A stretch of 41,240 nt of DNA from an uncultured Enterobacteriaceae bacterium (GTDB lineage: Bacteria; Pseudomonadota; Gammaproteobacteria; Burkholderiales; SG8-39): positions 1 to 41,240 of the forward strand of contig CAZOSA010000003.1 of NCBI GenBank assembly GCA_964582155.1. Reading direction: 5' to 3'. Within the stretch, counting starts at the first letter, position 1. Every line of letters begins with the position of its first letter. Below, piece after piece: positions 22,651 through 33,974 of the stretch. The notes under the pieces were generated by a model that saw only the letters and a list, made by a program, of their open reading frames with translations, did not search any database and had not been told where the DNA came from. The translations under genes and the position numbers were made by a program.

Positions 22651-24318
22651 ATGGATACCCAAAGACTGATTCTGTTGTTCATCTTCAGCTTCTCGCTGTT
22701 GTTGCTGTGGGACGCGTGGCAAAAGGAGCAACGTCCCAAGCCGGCTACCGTTGCGCCGGCGAGCGCGGTGCCCGGCAAGACCGAGCGCGTACCAGATGCG
22801 ATACCCGCGCCGGCTCGGGGCACGCAGAGCGCCCCGGCCCCCGTCGCGGCGCCGGCCGCGGCCGCACCCAAGGGCGAGACGGTCCGCGTGCGGACCGATC
22901 TGCTGATCGTGGATATCGACACTCTGGGCGCAACCGTCGGGCGGGTAGAACTGCTCAAACACAAGCAGGCCTTGGGCTCTGCAAAGAACCTGGTCCTGCT
23001 CGGGCCCGAGCACCAGTACACGGCGCAAAGCGGACTGGCGGGCGAAAACGGCCCCAATCACCGCACACAGTGGGCGGTGCAGCCCGGCGACTACGTCCTG
23101 GCGGAGGGCATGGACTCACTCGTGGTCCGCTTTACCGGGAGCGGCATGGACGGATTGGAAGTCGACAAGATATTCACGTTCAAGCGCAATAGCTACGTTG
23201 CGGAGGTCGCGCTGGAAATCCGCAACCGGGGCATTGCGCCGGTTGCCCCGTTCGTCTACTACCAATTGACGCACGACGGCAAGCACGAGGCCAGCGGCAC
23301 ATCGGTCGCGCAAACCTTCGGCGCACAGAGCTTCACGGGATTCGCCCAGTACACGGAGGAAAGAAAGTTCGAGAAGGTCCAGTTATCGGATCTCGACGAG
23401 GGCAAGCCGGACCACCTGGCACGGGCCGAAGACGGCTGGCTGGCGTTTGTGCAGCACTATTTCGTCGCCGGGTGGCTGCCCGCGGCGAAAGTCACGCGCG
23501 ACTACGTCATGGAAAAGCGCTCGGACGGATTGTACGCGGCGCGCATCGTGCTGCCGGTACCCGAGATCGCCCCCGGCGCGAGCGCGCGTACCGCGGCGCC
23601 GCTGTATGTCGGGCCGCAGGAGCAGCGCCGGCTGAAGGCGGCTGCGCCGGGTTTCGACCTGGTGGTGGACTACGGGTGGCTGACGATCATCGCGTGGCCC
23701 TTGTTCTGGCTGCTGGACAAGTTTCACGCGCTCAGCGGCAACTGGGGCGTCGCGATTATTCTGCTTACCGTGTTGATCAAGCTGGTGTTCTTCCCGCTTT
23801 CGGCGGCCAGCTACAAGTCGATGGCCAAGATGAAGCTGATCACGCCGCGGCTGACCAAGATCCGCGAGATGTACGGCAACGACCGCGCCAGGATGAACCA
23901 GGCGATGATGGAGCTGTACAAGACCGAGAAGATCAACCCGCTCGGCGGCTGCTTTCCCATCCTGGTGCAAATCCCGGTGTTCATCGCGCTGTACTGGGTG
24001 CTGCTTGCCGCGATCGAACTGCGCCATGCCCCGTTCATCCTGTGGATCAAGGATCTCTCCGCGCTGGATCCCTACTATGTATTGCCGGTGCTGATGGCCG
24101 CGACCATGGTGCTGCAAACGAGCATGAACCCCGTGCCGCCTGACCCGGTGCAGGCCAAGGTCATGAAGTTCATGCCCTACGTTTTCAGCGTGTTCTTCTT
24201 CTTCTTCCCCGCCGGCCTGGTGCTCTACTGGCTGGTCAACAACATCCTCTCCATCCTCCAACAGTGGCAGATCCAGCGCATGTTTAATCGCGACAAGACT
24301 GCCCATGCCAGACGCTGA
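22651..24318 (+). CDS. yidC: Membrane protein insertase YidC
   Basis: MDTQRLIL, VVDYGWL, GNWGVAIILLT, KINPLGGCFPILVQIPVF and PAGLVLYWLVNN. Confidence 0.98.
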   Translation: MDTQRLILLFIFSFSLLLLWDAWQKEQRPKPATVAPASAVPGKTERVPDAIPAPARGTQSAPAPVAAPAAAAPKGETVRVRTDLLIVDIDTLGATVGRVELLKHKQALGSAKNLVLLGPEHQYTAQSGLAGENGPNHRTQWAVQPGDYVLAEGMDSLVVRFTGSGMDGLEVDKIFTFKRNSYVAEVALEIRNRGIAPVAPFVYYQLTHDGKHEASGTSVAQTFGAQSFTGFAQYTEERKFEKVQLSDLDEGKPDHLARAEDGWLAFVQHYFVAGWLPAAKVTRDYVMEKRSDGLYAARIVLPVPEIAPGASARTAAPLYVGPQEQRRLKAAAPGFDLVVDYGWLTIIAWPLFWLLDKFHALSGNWGVAIILLTVLIKLVFFPLSAASYKSMAKMKLITPRLTKIREMYGNDRARMNQAMMELYKTEKINPLGGCFPILVQIPVFIALYWVLLAAIELRHAPFILWIKDLSALDPYYVLPVLMAATMVLQTSMNPVPPDPVQAKVMKFMPYVFSVFFFFFPAGLVLYWLVNNILSILQQWQIQRMFNRDKTAHARR

Positions 24319-25651
24319 CCGGCCGCCGGGACCGCCACCGGACACCATCGCCGCGATCGCCACACCGCCAGGTCGGGGCGCGATAGGCATCGTTCGGGTC
24401 TCGGGGCCGCTGGCACCAGACATCGCGCGCCGTTTGCTCGACAAGCTGCCCGAGCCTCGTGTCGCCACACGCTGCCCCGCACGCGACGCTGCGGGGCACG
24501 TGCTCGACGAGGGTTTGGCCTTGTATTTTCCGGCGCCGAATTCCTATACCGGAGAGCACAGCCTGGAGTTCCACGGGCATGGCGGATCGGTGGTGCTGCG
24601 TTCGGTGCTTGCTGCCTGCCTGGACGCCGGCGCCCGGCTGGCCGAGCCCGGGGAGTACACACGCCGTGCGTTCCTCAACGGCCGCATGGACCTGGCGCAG
24701 GCCGAAGCGGTCGCCGACCTGATCGACGCGGCGAGCGAGGAGGCCGCGCGCAGCGCCCTGCGCTCCCTGACGGGAGAGTTCTCCGCCGCGATCGAAAGCC
24801 TGGCGGCGCAACTGGTCGAATTGCGTGCGCTAACCGAGGCCATGCTCGACTTTCCCGAGGAGGAGGTGGACGCGCTGCATCGCGACGATGTGGCGGCGCG
24901 TCTGGCTCGGCTGCGCGCTGCGCTCGCCGGGATCCTCGCCCGCAGCCGCGAAGGCAGCCTGCTGCGCACCGGCATCCATGCGGTACTCGCCGGCCGCCCA
25001 AACGTCGGCAAGTCGAGCTTGCTCAACCGGCTTGCGGGCGAGGAACGCGCGATTGTCACGCCCGTCCCGGGCACCACGCGCGACACTCTGCGCGAGTCGA
25101 TCCAGATCGAGGGTGTGCCGCTTAACGTGGTAGACACCGCGGGGTTGCGTGATTCGCGCGACGAGATCGAACGCCTGGGCATCGAGCGTACGCGCCAGGA
25201 AGTCGCCCGAGCCGACCTCGTTCTGGCGGTGCACGATGCTTCTGCGCCGGATCACGCGCTTCCGGTCAGCGTGCCTGCCGCCGCGGCGTGCATCGATGTC
25301 TACAACAAGATCGATCTCGCGCCCGGGTTTCGGCCGCCGCCGGGCAAACATGCGGTGGTCTGTGTTTCAGCAAAGACAGGGATCGGCATGCAAGCACTGC
25401 GCCGCGCGATTCTTGAGGCTGCCGGGTGGAAATCGCACGGCGAGTCGGTGTTCCTTGCCCGCGAGCGCCACTTGCGCGCGCTGCACGCAGTAGGCGAGCA
25501 TCTGGGGGCGGCGGCAGCGCGCATGCGGCAGTGGGAGTTGTTCGCCGAGGAGTTGCGGCTTGCGCAACAGTCGCTTGCCGCAATCACGGGGGAATTCAGT
25601 GCGGACGACCTGCTGGGGGAGATCTTTTCGCGCTTTTGCATCGGCAAGTAA
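24305..25651 (+). CDS. mnmE: tRNA modification GTPase MnmE (TrmE)
   Basis: DTIAAIATPPGRGAIGIVRVSG, GRPNVGKSSLLN, GTTRD, DTAG and terminal IFSRFCIGK. Confidence 0.98.
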   Translation: MPDADRPPGPPPDTIAAIATPPGRGAIGIVRVSGPLAPDIARRLLDKLPEPRVATRCPARDAAGHVLDEGLALYFPAPNSYTGEHSLEFHGHGGSVVLRSVLAACLDAGARLAEPGEYTRRAFLNGRMDLAQAEAVADLIDAASEEAARSALRSLTGEFSAAIESLAAQLVELRALTEAMLDFPEEEVDALHRDDVAARLARLRAALAGILARSREGSLLRTGIHAVLAGRPNVGKSSLLNRLAGEERAIVTPVPGTTRDTLRESIQIEGVPLNVVDTAGLRDSRDEIERLGIERTRQEVARADLVLAVHDASAPDHALPVSVPAAAACIDVYNKIDLAPGFRPPPGKHAVVCVSAKTGIGMQALRRAILEAAGWKSHGESVFLARERHLRALHAVGEHLGAAAARMRQWELFAEELRLAQQSLAAITGEFSADDLLGEIFSRFCIGK

Positions 25652-25735
25652 AGGCTTCGAAGGGGCTGAGCGGGCAGGGTTTTTAGGCGTGGCGCGGTAC
25701 CCGCACAGCGCGGTAAAATCCCAATCCCAATCACG

Positions 25736-25761
25736 CGGCCCCTCTCGGGCCGTTTTTCTTT
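25736..25761 (+). terminator. Intrinsic terminator-like hairpin between mnmE and pckG
   Basis: CGGCCC-CTCTC-GGGCCG followed by TTTTTCTTT. Confidence 0.6.
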
Positions 25762-25776
25762 CAGGAATTTACGCAG

Positions 25777-27611
<1,835 letters not shown>

Positions 27612-27615
<4 letters not shown>

Positions 27616-28949
27616 CCAGGGTCTTTCACCGCAAACCGCGTGAGGCCTATCCGATCGCGGTGCGCGGCGATGGCGCCTACTTGATCGATCGCGAAGGCAA
27701 GCGCTACCTCGATGCCTCAGGCGGCGCGGCGGTGTCCTGCCTCGGCCATTCGGACCAAGCGGCGGTCAAGGCGATCCAGGAGCAGCTCGGCAAGCTGGCG
27801 TTCGCACATACTTCGTTTTTCACCAACGAGCCGATGGAAGCGCTGGCCGACGCGCTCATAGCGCGCGCGCCTGCTCCCCTGGAAAGGGTGTACTTTGTTT
27901 CCGGTGGCTCGGAAGCCATCGAGGCGGCGCTCAAGCTGGCGCGGCAGTATTTTGTTGAGAAGGGCGAACCGCAGCGCCGTTACCTGATCGGCCGTCGCCA
28001 GTCCTATCACGGCAACACTCTGGGCGCGCTTGCGGTCGGCGGCAATGCCTGGCGCCGAAAACAATTCGAGCCGCTGCTTGTCCAGGCGACGCATGTCTCG
28101 CCTTGCTACGCCTATCGTGGCAAGCAGGCGGGCGAAACGGACGCGGCCTACGGCGAGCGCCTTGCCGTGGAGCTCGAAGCGGAGATTCGCAGGCTGGGCG
28201 GCGACAAGGTGATCGCGTTCGTCGCGGAAACGGTGGTGGGCGCCACGCTTGGCGCCGTGCCTCCGGTGGCCGGCTATTTCAAGCGGGTGCGCGAACTGTG
28301 CAACCGCCACGGCATCCTTCTGATCCTCGACGAAGTGATGTGCGGCATGGGCCGTTGCGGCGCGCTCTTTGCTTTCGAGCAGGAAGGTATCGTGCCGGAC
28401 CTGGTCACAGTGGCGAAAGGGCTGGGCGCCGGATACCAGCCGATCGGGGCAACGCTCGTTGCCAAGCACGTCTACGAGACCATTGTCGCTGGCAGCGGTT
28501 TTTTCCAGCATGGCCACACCTATCTGGGCCACGCCGCCGCCTGCGCCGGCGCGCTCGCGGTTCAGCGCCGCCTGCACGAAGATGGACTGCTGGCGCGGGT
28601 CGCCCCCCTCGGGGCCTTGCTGGAGAAGAAACTGCGCGCTGCTTTTGGCGACCATCCGCATGTCGGCGACATCCGCGGCCGGGGCCTGCTCTGGGGGCTG
28701 GAACTGGTCGCCGACCGCGCCAGCAAAGCGCCGTTCGATCCGAAGCTGCGCGTGCACGCCCGCGTGAAGAAGGAGGCGCTCAAGGCCGGCCTCATGTGTT
28801 ACCCGATGGGTGGCACGCTGGATGGCGTGCAGGGTGACCATGTGCTGCTCGCGCCGCCGTTCATCGTCGGGGAAGCGCAGCTGGACGAGCTGGTGTCCAA
28901 GCTCGGCGCGGCGCTCGACACGGTACTGCATTCTTCGGTTGCCGCGTAG
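27612..28949 (+). CDS. Class-III PLP-dependent aminotransferase (substrate unknown)
   Basis: [49 protein letters not shown]-lysine motif AKGLG, HGHTY and RGRGL. Confidence 0.93.
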
Positions 28950-28968
28950 TGGGCGCTTCCGCTAAGCT
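28939..28968 (+). promoter_or_regulatory. Candidate internal promoter for the TAXI-TRAP genes
   Basis: TTGCCG at 28939-28944, 18-bp spacer, TAAGCT at 28963-28968. Confidence 0.35.
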
Positions 28969-28999
28969 ACGCCGGGATTTTCCCCACCAGGAGACAGTC

Positions 29000-29962
29000 A
29001 TGCGCAAACTCAGCGCGCTCGCGGCAAGCCTGCTCGTCGCCGGCGCCTTCGCGTCCACCGCCCAGGCCCAGCAAAAGTACATCACCATCGGCACCGGCGG
29101 CGTCACCGGCGTGTACTACGCGGCGGGCGGCGCGATCTGCCGTCTGGTCAACAAAGACCGCAAAGACCACGGCATCCGCTGTTCCGTCGAATCCACCGGC
29201 GGCTCGGTATTCAACATCAATACCATCAAGGCGGGTGAATTGGACATGGGCGTTGCGCAGTCCGATGTACATTTCAATGCGGCGAAGGGCATGGCGCCGT
29301 TCAAGGAGCCGATGCCGGAATTGCGCGCGGTGTTCGGCCTGCACCCGGAACCCGTCACGGTGGTGGCGCGCAAGGAAGCCAACATCCGCAGCTTCGCCGA
29401 CTTCAAGGGCAAGCGCTTCAACGTCGGCAATCCCGGCTCCGGCACGCGCTCCTCGCTCGAGGAGCTGATCGGCGCGATGGGCTGGAAGCTGTCCGATTTT
29501 TCTCTGGCTTCGGAACTGAAAGCCGACGAGCATGGGCCGGCGCTGTGCGACGGGAAGATCGACGGCTTCTTCTACCTGGTGGGGCACCCTTCGGCCAACA
29601 TTCAGGACCCGACCACCGTCTGCGGTGCGAAGCTGGTGTCGGTGACCGGCCCGGTGCCGGACAGACTGGTGCGGGAGAAGTCCTACTACGCGAAGGCGAC
29701 CATCCCGGGCGGCCTGTACCCGAACAACCCGCAGACCACCGAGACCTACGGTGTGCTGGCAACGTTCGTGTCCTCGTCCAAGGTTCCCTCGGACACCATT
29801 TACCGGGTGGTGAAGGCAGTGTTCGACAACTTCGACGAGTTCAAGAAGCTGCATCCCGCCCTTGGCGTGCTGACCCCGCAGGCGATGATCAAGGACGGTT
29901 TGTCGGCCCCGCTGCATGACGGCGCCATGAAGTACTACAAGGAGAAGGGCTGGTTGAAGTAA
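29000..29962 (+). CDS. TAXI-family TRAP transporter solute-binding subunit
   Basis: Signal peptide ending AQA; [31 protein letters not shown] and [18 protein letters not shown] 29000 with SD AGGAGA. Confidence 0.95.
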   Translation: MRKLSALAASLLVAGAFASTAQAQQKYITIGTGGVTGVYYAAGGAICRLVNKDRKDHGIRCSVESTGGSVFNINTIKAGELDMGVAQSDVHFNAAKGMAPFKEPMPELRAVFGLHPEPVTVVARKEANIRSFADFKGKRFNVGNPGSGTRSSLEELIGAMGWKLSDFSLASELKADEHGPALCDGKIDGFFYLVGHPSANIQDPTTVCGAKLVSVTGPVPDRLVREKSYYAKATIPGGLYPNNPQTTETYGVLATFVSSSKVPSDTIYRVVKAVFDNFDEFKKLHPALGVLTPQAMIKDGLSAPLHDGAMKYYKEKGWLK

Positions 29963-29985
29963 GCCGGGAAAGGCGCGCGGCAAAC

Positions 29986-30021
29986 CAAAGGGCGAAACGT
30001 ACGTTTCGCCCTTTGTTTTTT
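29986..30021 (+). terminator. Perfect 30-bp palindrome plus T-tract between binding protein and permease genes
   Basis: CAAAGGGCGAAACGT|ACGTTTCGCCCTTTG (29986-30015) followed by TTTTTT. Confidence 0.75.
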
Positions 30022-30035
30022 GGGGGGAGAAAAAC

Positions 30036-32627
30036 ATGGCCAGGCACGCGAAGAAGTCCAGCCCGGACCTGCAACAACTCATCGCCGATTCCGACACGGG
30101 CGGCCGCGCTGCGGGAGGACTCCCCGGCAAACTGATCTTCGCGGCGGCGGTCGGCTGGTCGCTGTTCCAGCTGTGGTACGCGTCGCCCTTGCCGTTCGCG
30201 TTCGCCTGGGGTGTGCTGAACGACACCGAGGCTCGTTCGCTGCATCTGGGCGCCGGACTGCTGCTCGCCTTCCTTTGCTTCCCGGGAATGCGCACTGTCT
30301 CGCAGCGCGCGCATATCCCGTGGATCGACTGGATACTGGCGCTCGCTGCCGCTTTCGCCGGTGCGTATTTCCTGTTTTTCTACGCCCAGCTCGCCACGCG
30401 GCCAGGCCAGCCTAACCTGCAGGACATCATCATCGCCACCGTCGGACTGCTGCTGCTGCTCGAGGCGACGCGGCGCGCCGTCGGCATGCCGATGACCGTC
30501 CTCGCGATCCTGTTTCTCGCCTACATCATCCTCGGCAGATACCTGCCCGATGTGCTTGCGCACAAGGGTGCGTCCTGGGAGCGGATGCTGTCGCACATGT
30601 GGCTGACCACCGAAGGCGTGTTCGGGGTGGCGCTGGGGGTTTCGGTCAGCTACATCTTCATCTTCGTGCTGTTCGGCTCGCTGCTCGACAAGGCGGGTGC
30701 CGGGAACTACATGATGCAGGTGTCCTTCGCCATGCTCGGGCACCTGCGCGGCGGCCCGGCCAAGGTCGCAGTGGTGTCCTCGGCGCTGAACGGTTTGATT
30801 TCGGGTTCTTCGGTGTCCAACGTGGTGTCCGGGGGCATTTTCACCATCCCGCTGATGACCAAGGCGGGCTATGGCGGCGTGAAAGCGGGCGCGATCGAGA
30901 CCGCGTCGTCGGTCAACGGCCAGATCATGCCGCCAGTGATGGGCGCCGCTGCTTTTCTGATGGTGGAGTACGTCGGCATCCCCTACACCGACATCGTCAA
31001 GCATGCGTTTTTGCCTGCGATCATCTCGTACATTGCGCTGTTCTACATCGTGCACCTCGAGGCGCTCAAGCTCGGGATGGAGCCGATGGCACAGGCACGC
31101 CGGCGCCCGTTGCAGCAGAAGCTGGTCGCCTGGGGCCTTGGAATCTCCGGAACCATCGTTGTGTGCAGCGCTATCTACTGGGTGGCGGAGGGCGCGAAGA
31201 ATCTGTTCGGCGCCACGGCGGCGCCGTGGATTCTCGGCATTTTGCTGGCGGGTCTGTACGTTTACACGGTGTGGGTGGCGTCGCGCTGCCCGGATCTGCC
31301 GCCTGACATCGACGTCGACAACCCGGTGCTGCCCGACACCTGGCCCACGGTCAAGGCGGGCATACATTTCCTGATTCCCATCGGGGTGCTGATCTGGTGC
31401 CTGATGATTGAAGAACTCTCGCCCTCGCTTTCCGCGTTCTGGGCCACGGTGTCGCTGCTCGCGTTGATGGCCACGCAGCGCCCGCTCACCGCGCTGTTGC
31501 GGCGCAAGGGCAAGCTGGCCATCGAAGCGCGCAAAGGCGGCGCCGAGATCATTGCCGGGCTGAATGAAGGCGCGCGCAGCATGATCGGCATCGCCATTGC
31601 CACCGGTACGGCGGGCATCATCGTCGGCGGCATCACGCTCACCGGCTTGGGCTTTCGCATGACCGACTTTGTCGAAGTGGTGTCGCAGGGCAATGTGTTT
31701 TTCATGCTGCTGTTCACTGCATTCGTGTGCCTGGTGCTCGGGCTCGGCGTGCCGACGACCGCGAACTACATCCTGGTGGCGACCCTAATGGCGCCAGTCA
31801 TCGTCGAGCTGGGAGCCCAATCAGGTCTCGTGATCCCGCTGATCGCCGTGCATCTGTTCGTCTTCTACTACGGAATCATGGGTGATATCACTCCGCCGGT
31901 CGGGCTGGCGACGTTCGCGGCGGCTGCGATTTCTGGCGAAGACCCGATCCAGACCGGGATCCAGGGCTCGATCTACGCGCTGCGCACGGTGATATTGCCT
32001 TTTGTATTCGTGTTCAACCCGGCGCTGCTGATCATCGACGTGCACGGCTGGTGGGAGGTGCTCCTCGTCGGCTTCTCCGCCACAGTCGCTTCAATGGTTT
32101 TTGCCGCCGCAACCATGGGCTATTTCCAGACGCGCTGCAAGTGGTGGGAGATCGTATTGCTGCTGGCCGCCACGTTTGCGCTGTTTCGTCCCGACTACTT
32201 CATGAACAAGCTCTACGAGCCGTATACCGAGGTTCCCGCGAAGGAAATCTTCCGCGTGGCAAAGGAGTTGGGCGAGAACGACCGCTTGGTGCTGGTTATC
32301 GAGGGGACCAACGTGGAGGGCGAAGACGTGCGCAAGACGGTCGCCGTGCAGCTCACCAAGCCGGGCGAGGGGCGGGCGCGTGCCGCCGAAGCAGGCCTGA
32401 GTGTCAGTGTCGCGGGCAACGACGTACGCGTCACCGCGGTGAAATTCGGCAGCCGCGCCAAGAAGTCGGGCTTCGAGCAGGGCTTCAAGGTAGCCGCGAT
32501 CAAGGTTCCGAACGACCGGCCCTCGGAGCACTGGGTGTATATCCCCGCGCTCGCGCTGGTGGCGTTCGTCTACTTCCAGCAGCGCGCACGCTTGCGCTTG
32601 CGCCCGCGTCGCGCGCGGGCCAGCTAG
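30036..32627 (+). CDS. TRAP transporter fused 4TM/12TM permease with DUF3394-like C-terminus
   Basis: EGVFGVALGVS, RGGPAKVAV, GQIMPPVMGAAAFLM, GLGVPTTANY and DITPPVGLA; follows the TAXI binding protein. Confidence 0.95.
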   Translation: MARHAKKSSPDLQQLIADSDTGGRAAGGLPGKLIFAAAVGWSLFQLWYASPLPFAFAWGVLNDTEARSLHLGAGLLLAFLCFPGMRTVSQRAHIPWIDWILALAAAFAGAYFLFFYAQLATRPGQPNLQDIIIATVGLLLLLEATRRAVGMPMTVLAILFLAYIILGRYLPDVLAHKGASWERMLSHMWLTTEGVFGVALGVSVSYIFIFVLFGSLLDKAGAGNYMMQVSFAMLGHLRGGPAKVAVVSSALNGLISGSSVSNVVSGGIFTIPLMTKAGYGGVKAGAIETASSVNGQIMPPVMGAAAFLMVEYVGIPYTDIVKHAFLPAIISYIALFYIVHLEALKLGMEPMAQARRRPLQQKLVAWGLGISGTIVVCSAIYWVAEGAKNLFGATAAPWILGILLAGLYVYTVWVASRCPDLPPDIDVDNPVLPDTWPTVKAGIHFLIPIGVLIWCLMIEELSPSLSAFWATVSLLALMATQRPLTALLRRKGKLAIEARKGGAEIIAGLNEGARSMIGIAIATGTAGIIVGGITLTGLGFRMTDFVEVVSQGNVFFMLLFTAFVCLVLGLGVPTTANYILVATLMAPVIVELGAQSGLVIPLIAVHLFVFYYGIMGDITPPVGLATFAAAAISGEDPIQTGIQGSIYALRTVILPFVFVFNPALLIIDVHGWWEVLLVGFSATVASMVFAAATMGYFQTRCKWWEIVLLLAATFALFRPDYFMNKLYEPYTEVPAKEIFRVAKELGENDRLVLVIEGTNVEGEDVRKTVAVQLTKPGEGRARAAEAGLSVSVAGNDVRVTAVKFGSRAKKSGFEQGFKVAAIKVPNDRPSEHWVYIPALALVAFVYFQQRARLRLRPRRARAS

Positions 32628-33838
32628 GCGCGGCGCAGCGAACCGTAGGCCAGCGCGGCCGCGGCGATCGAGACTGCGCCTGCGGCTGCGAACACCGCGG
32701 CCGAGTTCGCGCGTTCCAGCAGCAGGCCGCCGGCACCCAGCCCCAGGCCCACACCAGTCAACAGGCAGGACGTTGACCAGGTGAACGCCTCCGTGGCGTA
32801 GTGCGGCGGCGCGGTCTTGGCGACCAGCATCGATTGGATGATGAGGGCAGGCGCCATGACCACCCCTGCGACGACGCCAAGCACGGTAAATGCGATCGCA
32901 TTGCCGATCAGGCCGAGCGCCGCGATCCCGGCGCCCATCAACAGGAGCATCAACGCGAACTGCTGCGGGAGGGGCAGACGCCAGCTGCGGCTGCCGTAGG
33001 CAAGGCCACCCGCTGCGCTGCCTACGCTCATCAGGCCGAGGATCAATCCGGCGAGTGCCGGCATGCCGGCTTCCGCAGCAAACGCGGTCACGCCGATTTC
33101 CAGCAGGCCGAAGGCTCCCGAATAGGCAAGGATCACCGCGAGCAGGGGTACGAATCCGCGTACTGCGAGCGGGCCAGTGAGACTGGGCGCTCTGCGCTCC
33201 TCGATGCGCCAGTGCGCGATGACGGGCGAACGAAGAAAAAACAGCGTGCCGGCGAGTCCGCTGGCGGCGGCGAACAGGACGGCGGCGCCGGCGGAGAGAT
33301 ACGCCACGAACAGCGCCACCAGCATCGGGCCGATGATGAAAATGATTTCGATGAGCACCGATTCGAGCGAGTACGCGGTGGCGAGCTGCGCCTCTTCGAG
33401 CAATCGCTGGCGCAGGAAAGTGCGCAGGCATACCGTGATCGGCGGAAAACTGGCGCCGGCGAGCGCGGCGAGCGCGAATCCCGTCCACAAGGGTGCATCG
33501 AAGTGCAGTGCTGCAACCAGCGTCACGAGCGTCGCCGGAAACACGAACGCAGACACCAGCAGCGTGCGGGCCGGTCCGGTCCGGTCGATGACGCGGCCCA
33601 GCACTGGCGCCATGGCCGCGAGTCCTGCGAGATAACAAGCCGCGACGGCACCTGCGAGTGCGAACGAGCCGCTGGACGCCTGGGTCGCGAGCAGAATTGC
33701 GAGGCCCAGGATGCCGATGGGGAGACGGCCGATGACGGAGGCGACGATGGTGCGCCTGAGATCGGGACGTTCCAGCAGTGTGGCGTAGCGGGCGAGAGAG
33801 ATCACGGGGGCAGCGCGAAAGGGCCGCGATTGTCTCAT
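32624..33838 (-). CDS. MFS transporter
   Basis: About 12 hydrophobic segments; motif-A-like GRVIDRTGPAR. Start uncertain (ATG 33838 or GTG 33805); the longer ORF-track N-terminus runs through parS. Stop overlaps the TRAP permease stop within CTAG at 32624-32627. Confidence 0.88.
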   Translation of the reverse strand: MRQSRPFRAAPVISLARYATLLERPDLRRTIVASVIGRLPIGILGLAILLATQASSGSFALAGAVAACYLAGLAAMAPVLGRVIDRTGPARTLLVSAFVFPATLVTLVAALHFDAPLWTGFALAALAGASFPPITVCLRTFLRQRLLEEAQLATAYSLESVLIEIIFIIGPMLVALFVAYLSAGAAVLFAAASGLAGTLFFLRSPVIAHWRIEERRAPSLTGPLAVRGFVPLLAVILAYSGAFGLLEIGVTAFAAEAGMPALAGLILGLMSVGSAAGGLAYGSRSWRLPLPQQFALMLLLMGAGIAALGLIGNAIAFTVLGVVAGVVMAPALIIQSMLVAKTAPPHYATEAFTWSTSCLLTGVGLGLGAGGLLLERANSAAVFAAAGAVSIAAAALAYGSLRRA

Positions 33839-33882
33839 GGGGGGAAGCATTGCTGCTGTGCAGCAAAGCTCTAAGTAGCTCT

Positions 33883-33898
33883 TGTTCCACGTGGAACA
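33883..33898. promoter_or_regulatory. parS site 1 (perfect palindrome)
   Basis: TGTTCCACGTGGAACA matches the chromosomal parS consensus TGTTNCACGTGNAACA; parAB lies about 2.6 kb downstream. Confidence 0.95.
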
Positions 33899-33922
33899 TG
33901 ACGCAGGGACCGGGCCCGCGCT

Positions 33923-33938
33923 AGTTTCACGTGGAACA
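33923..33938. promoter_or_regulatory. parS site 2
   Basis: AGTTTCACGTGGAACA, with one mismatch at the outer position; starts 40 bp after site 1. Confidence 0.9.
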
Positions 33939-33974
33939 TTCACGTATCATGCCGCCTCCTCCGAATCGTCCCGC

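Noticed and set aside
33882-33974. N-terminal extension MFHVEH...VSRGT on MnmG, extension MNVPRET on the MFS protein, and ORF 32091-33899 starting MFHVEQ
   Set aside because: These peptides are simply translations of the parS palindromes; family homology starts downstream.
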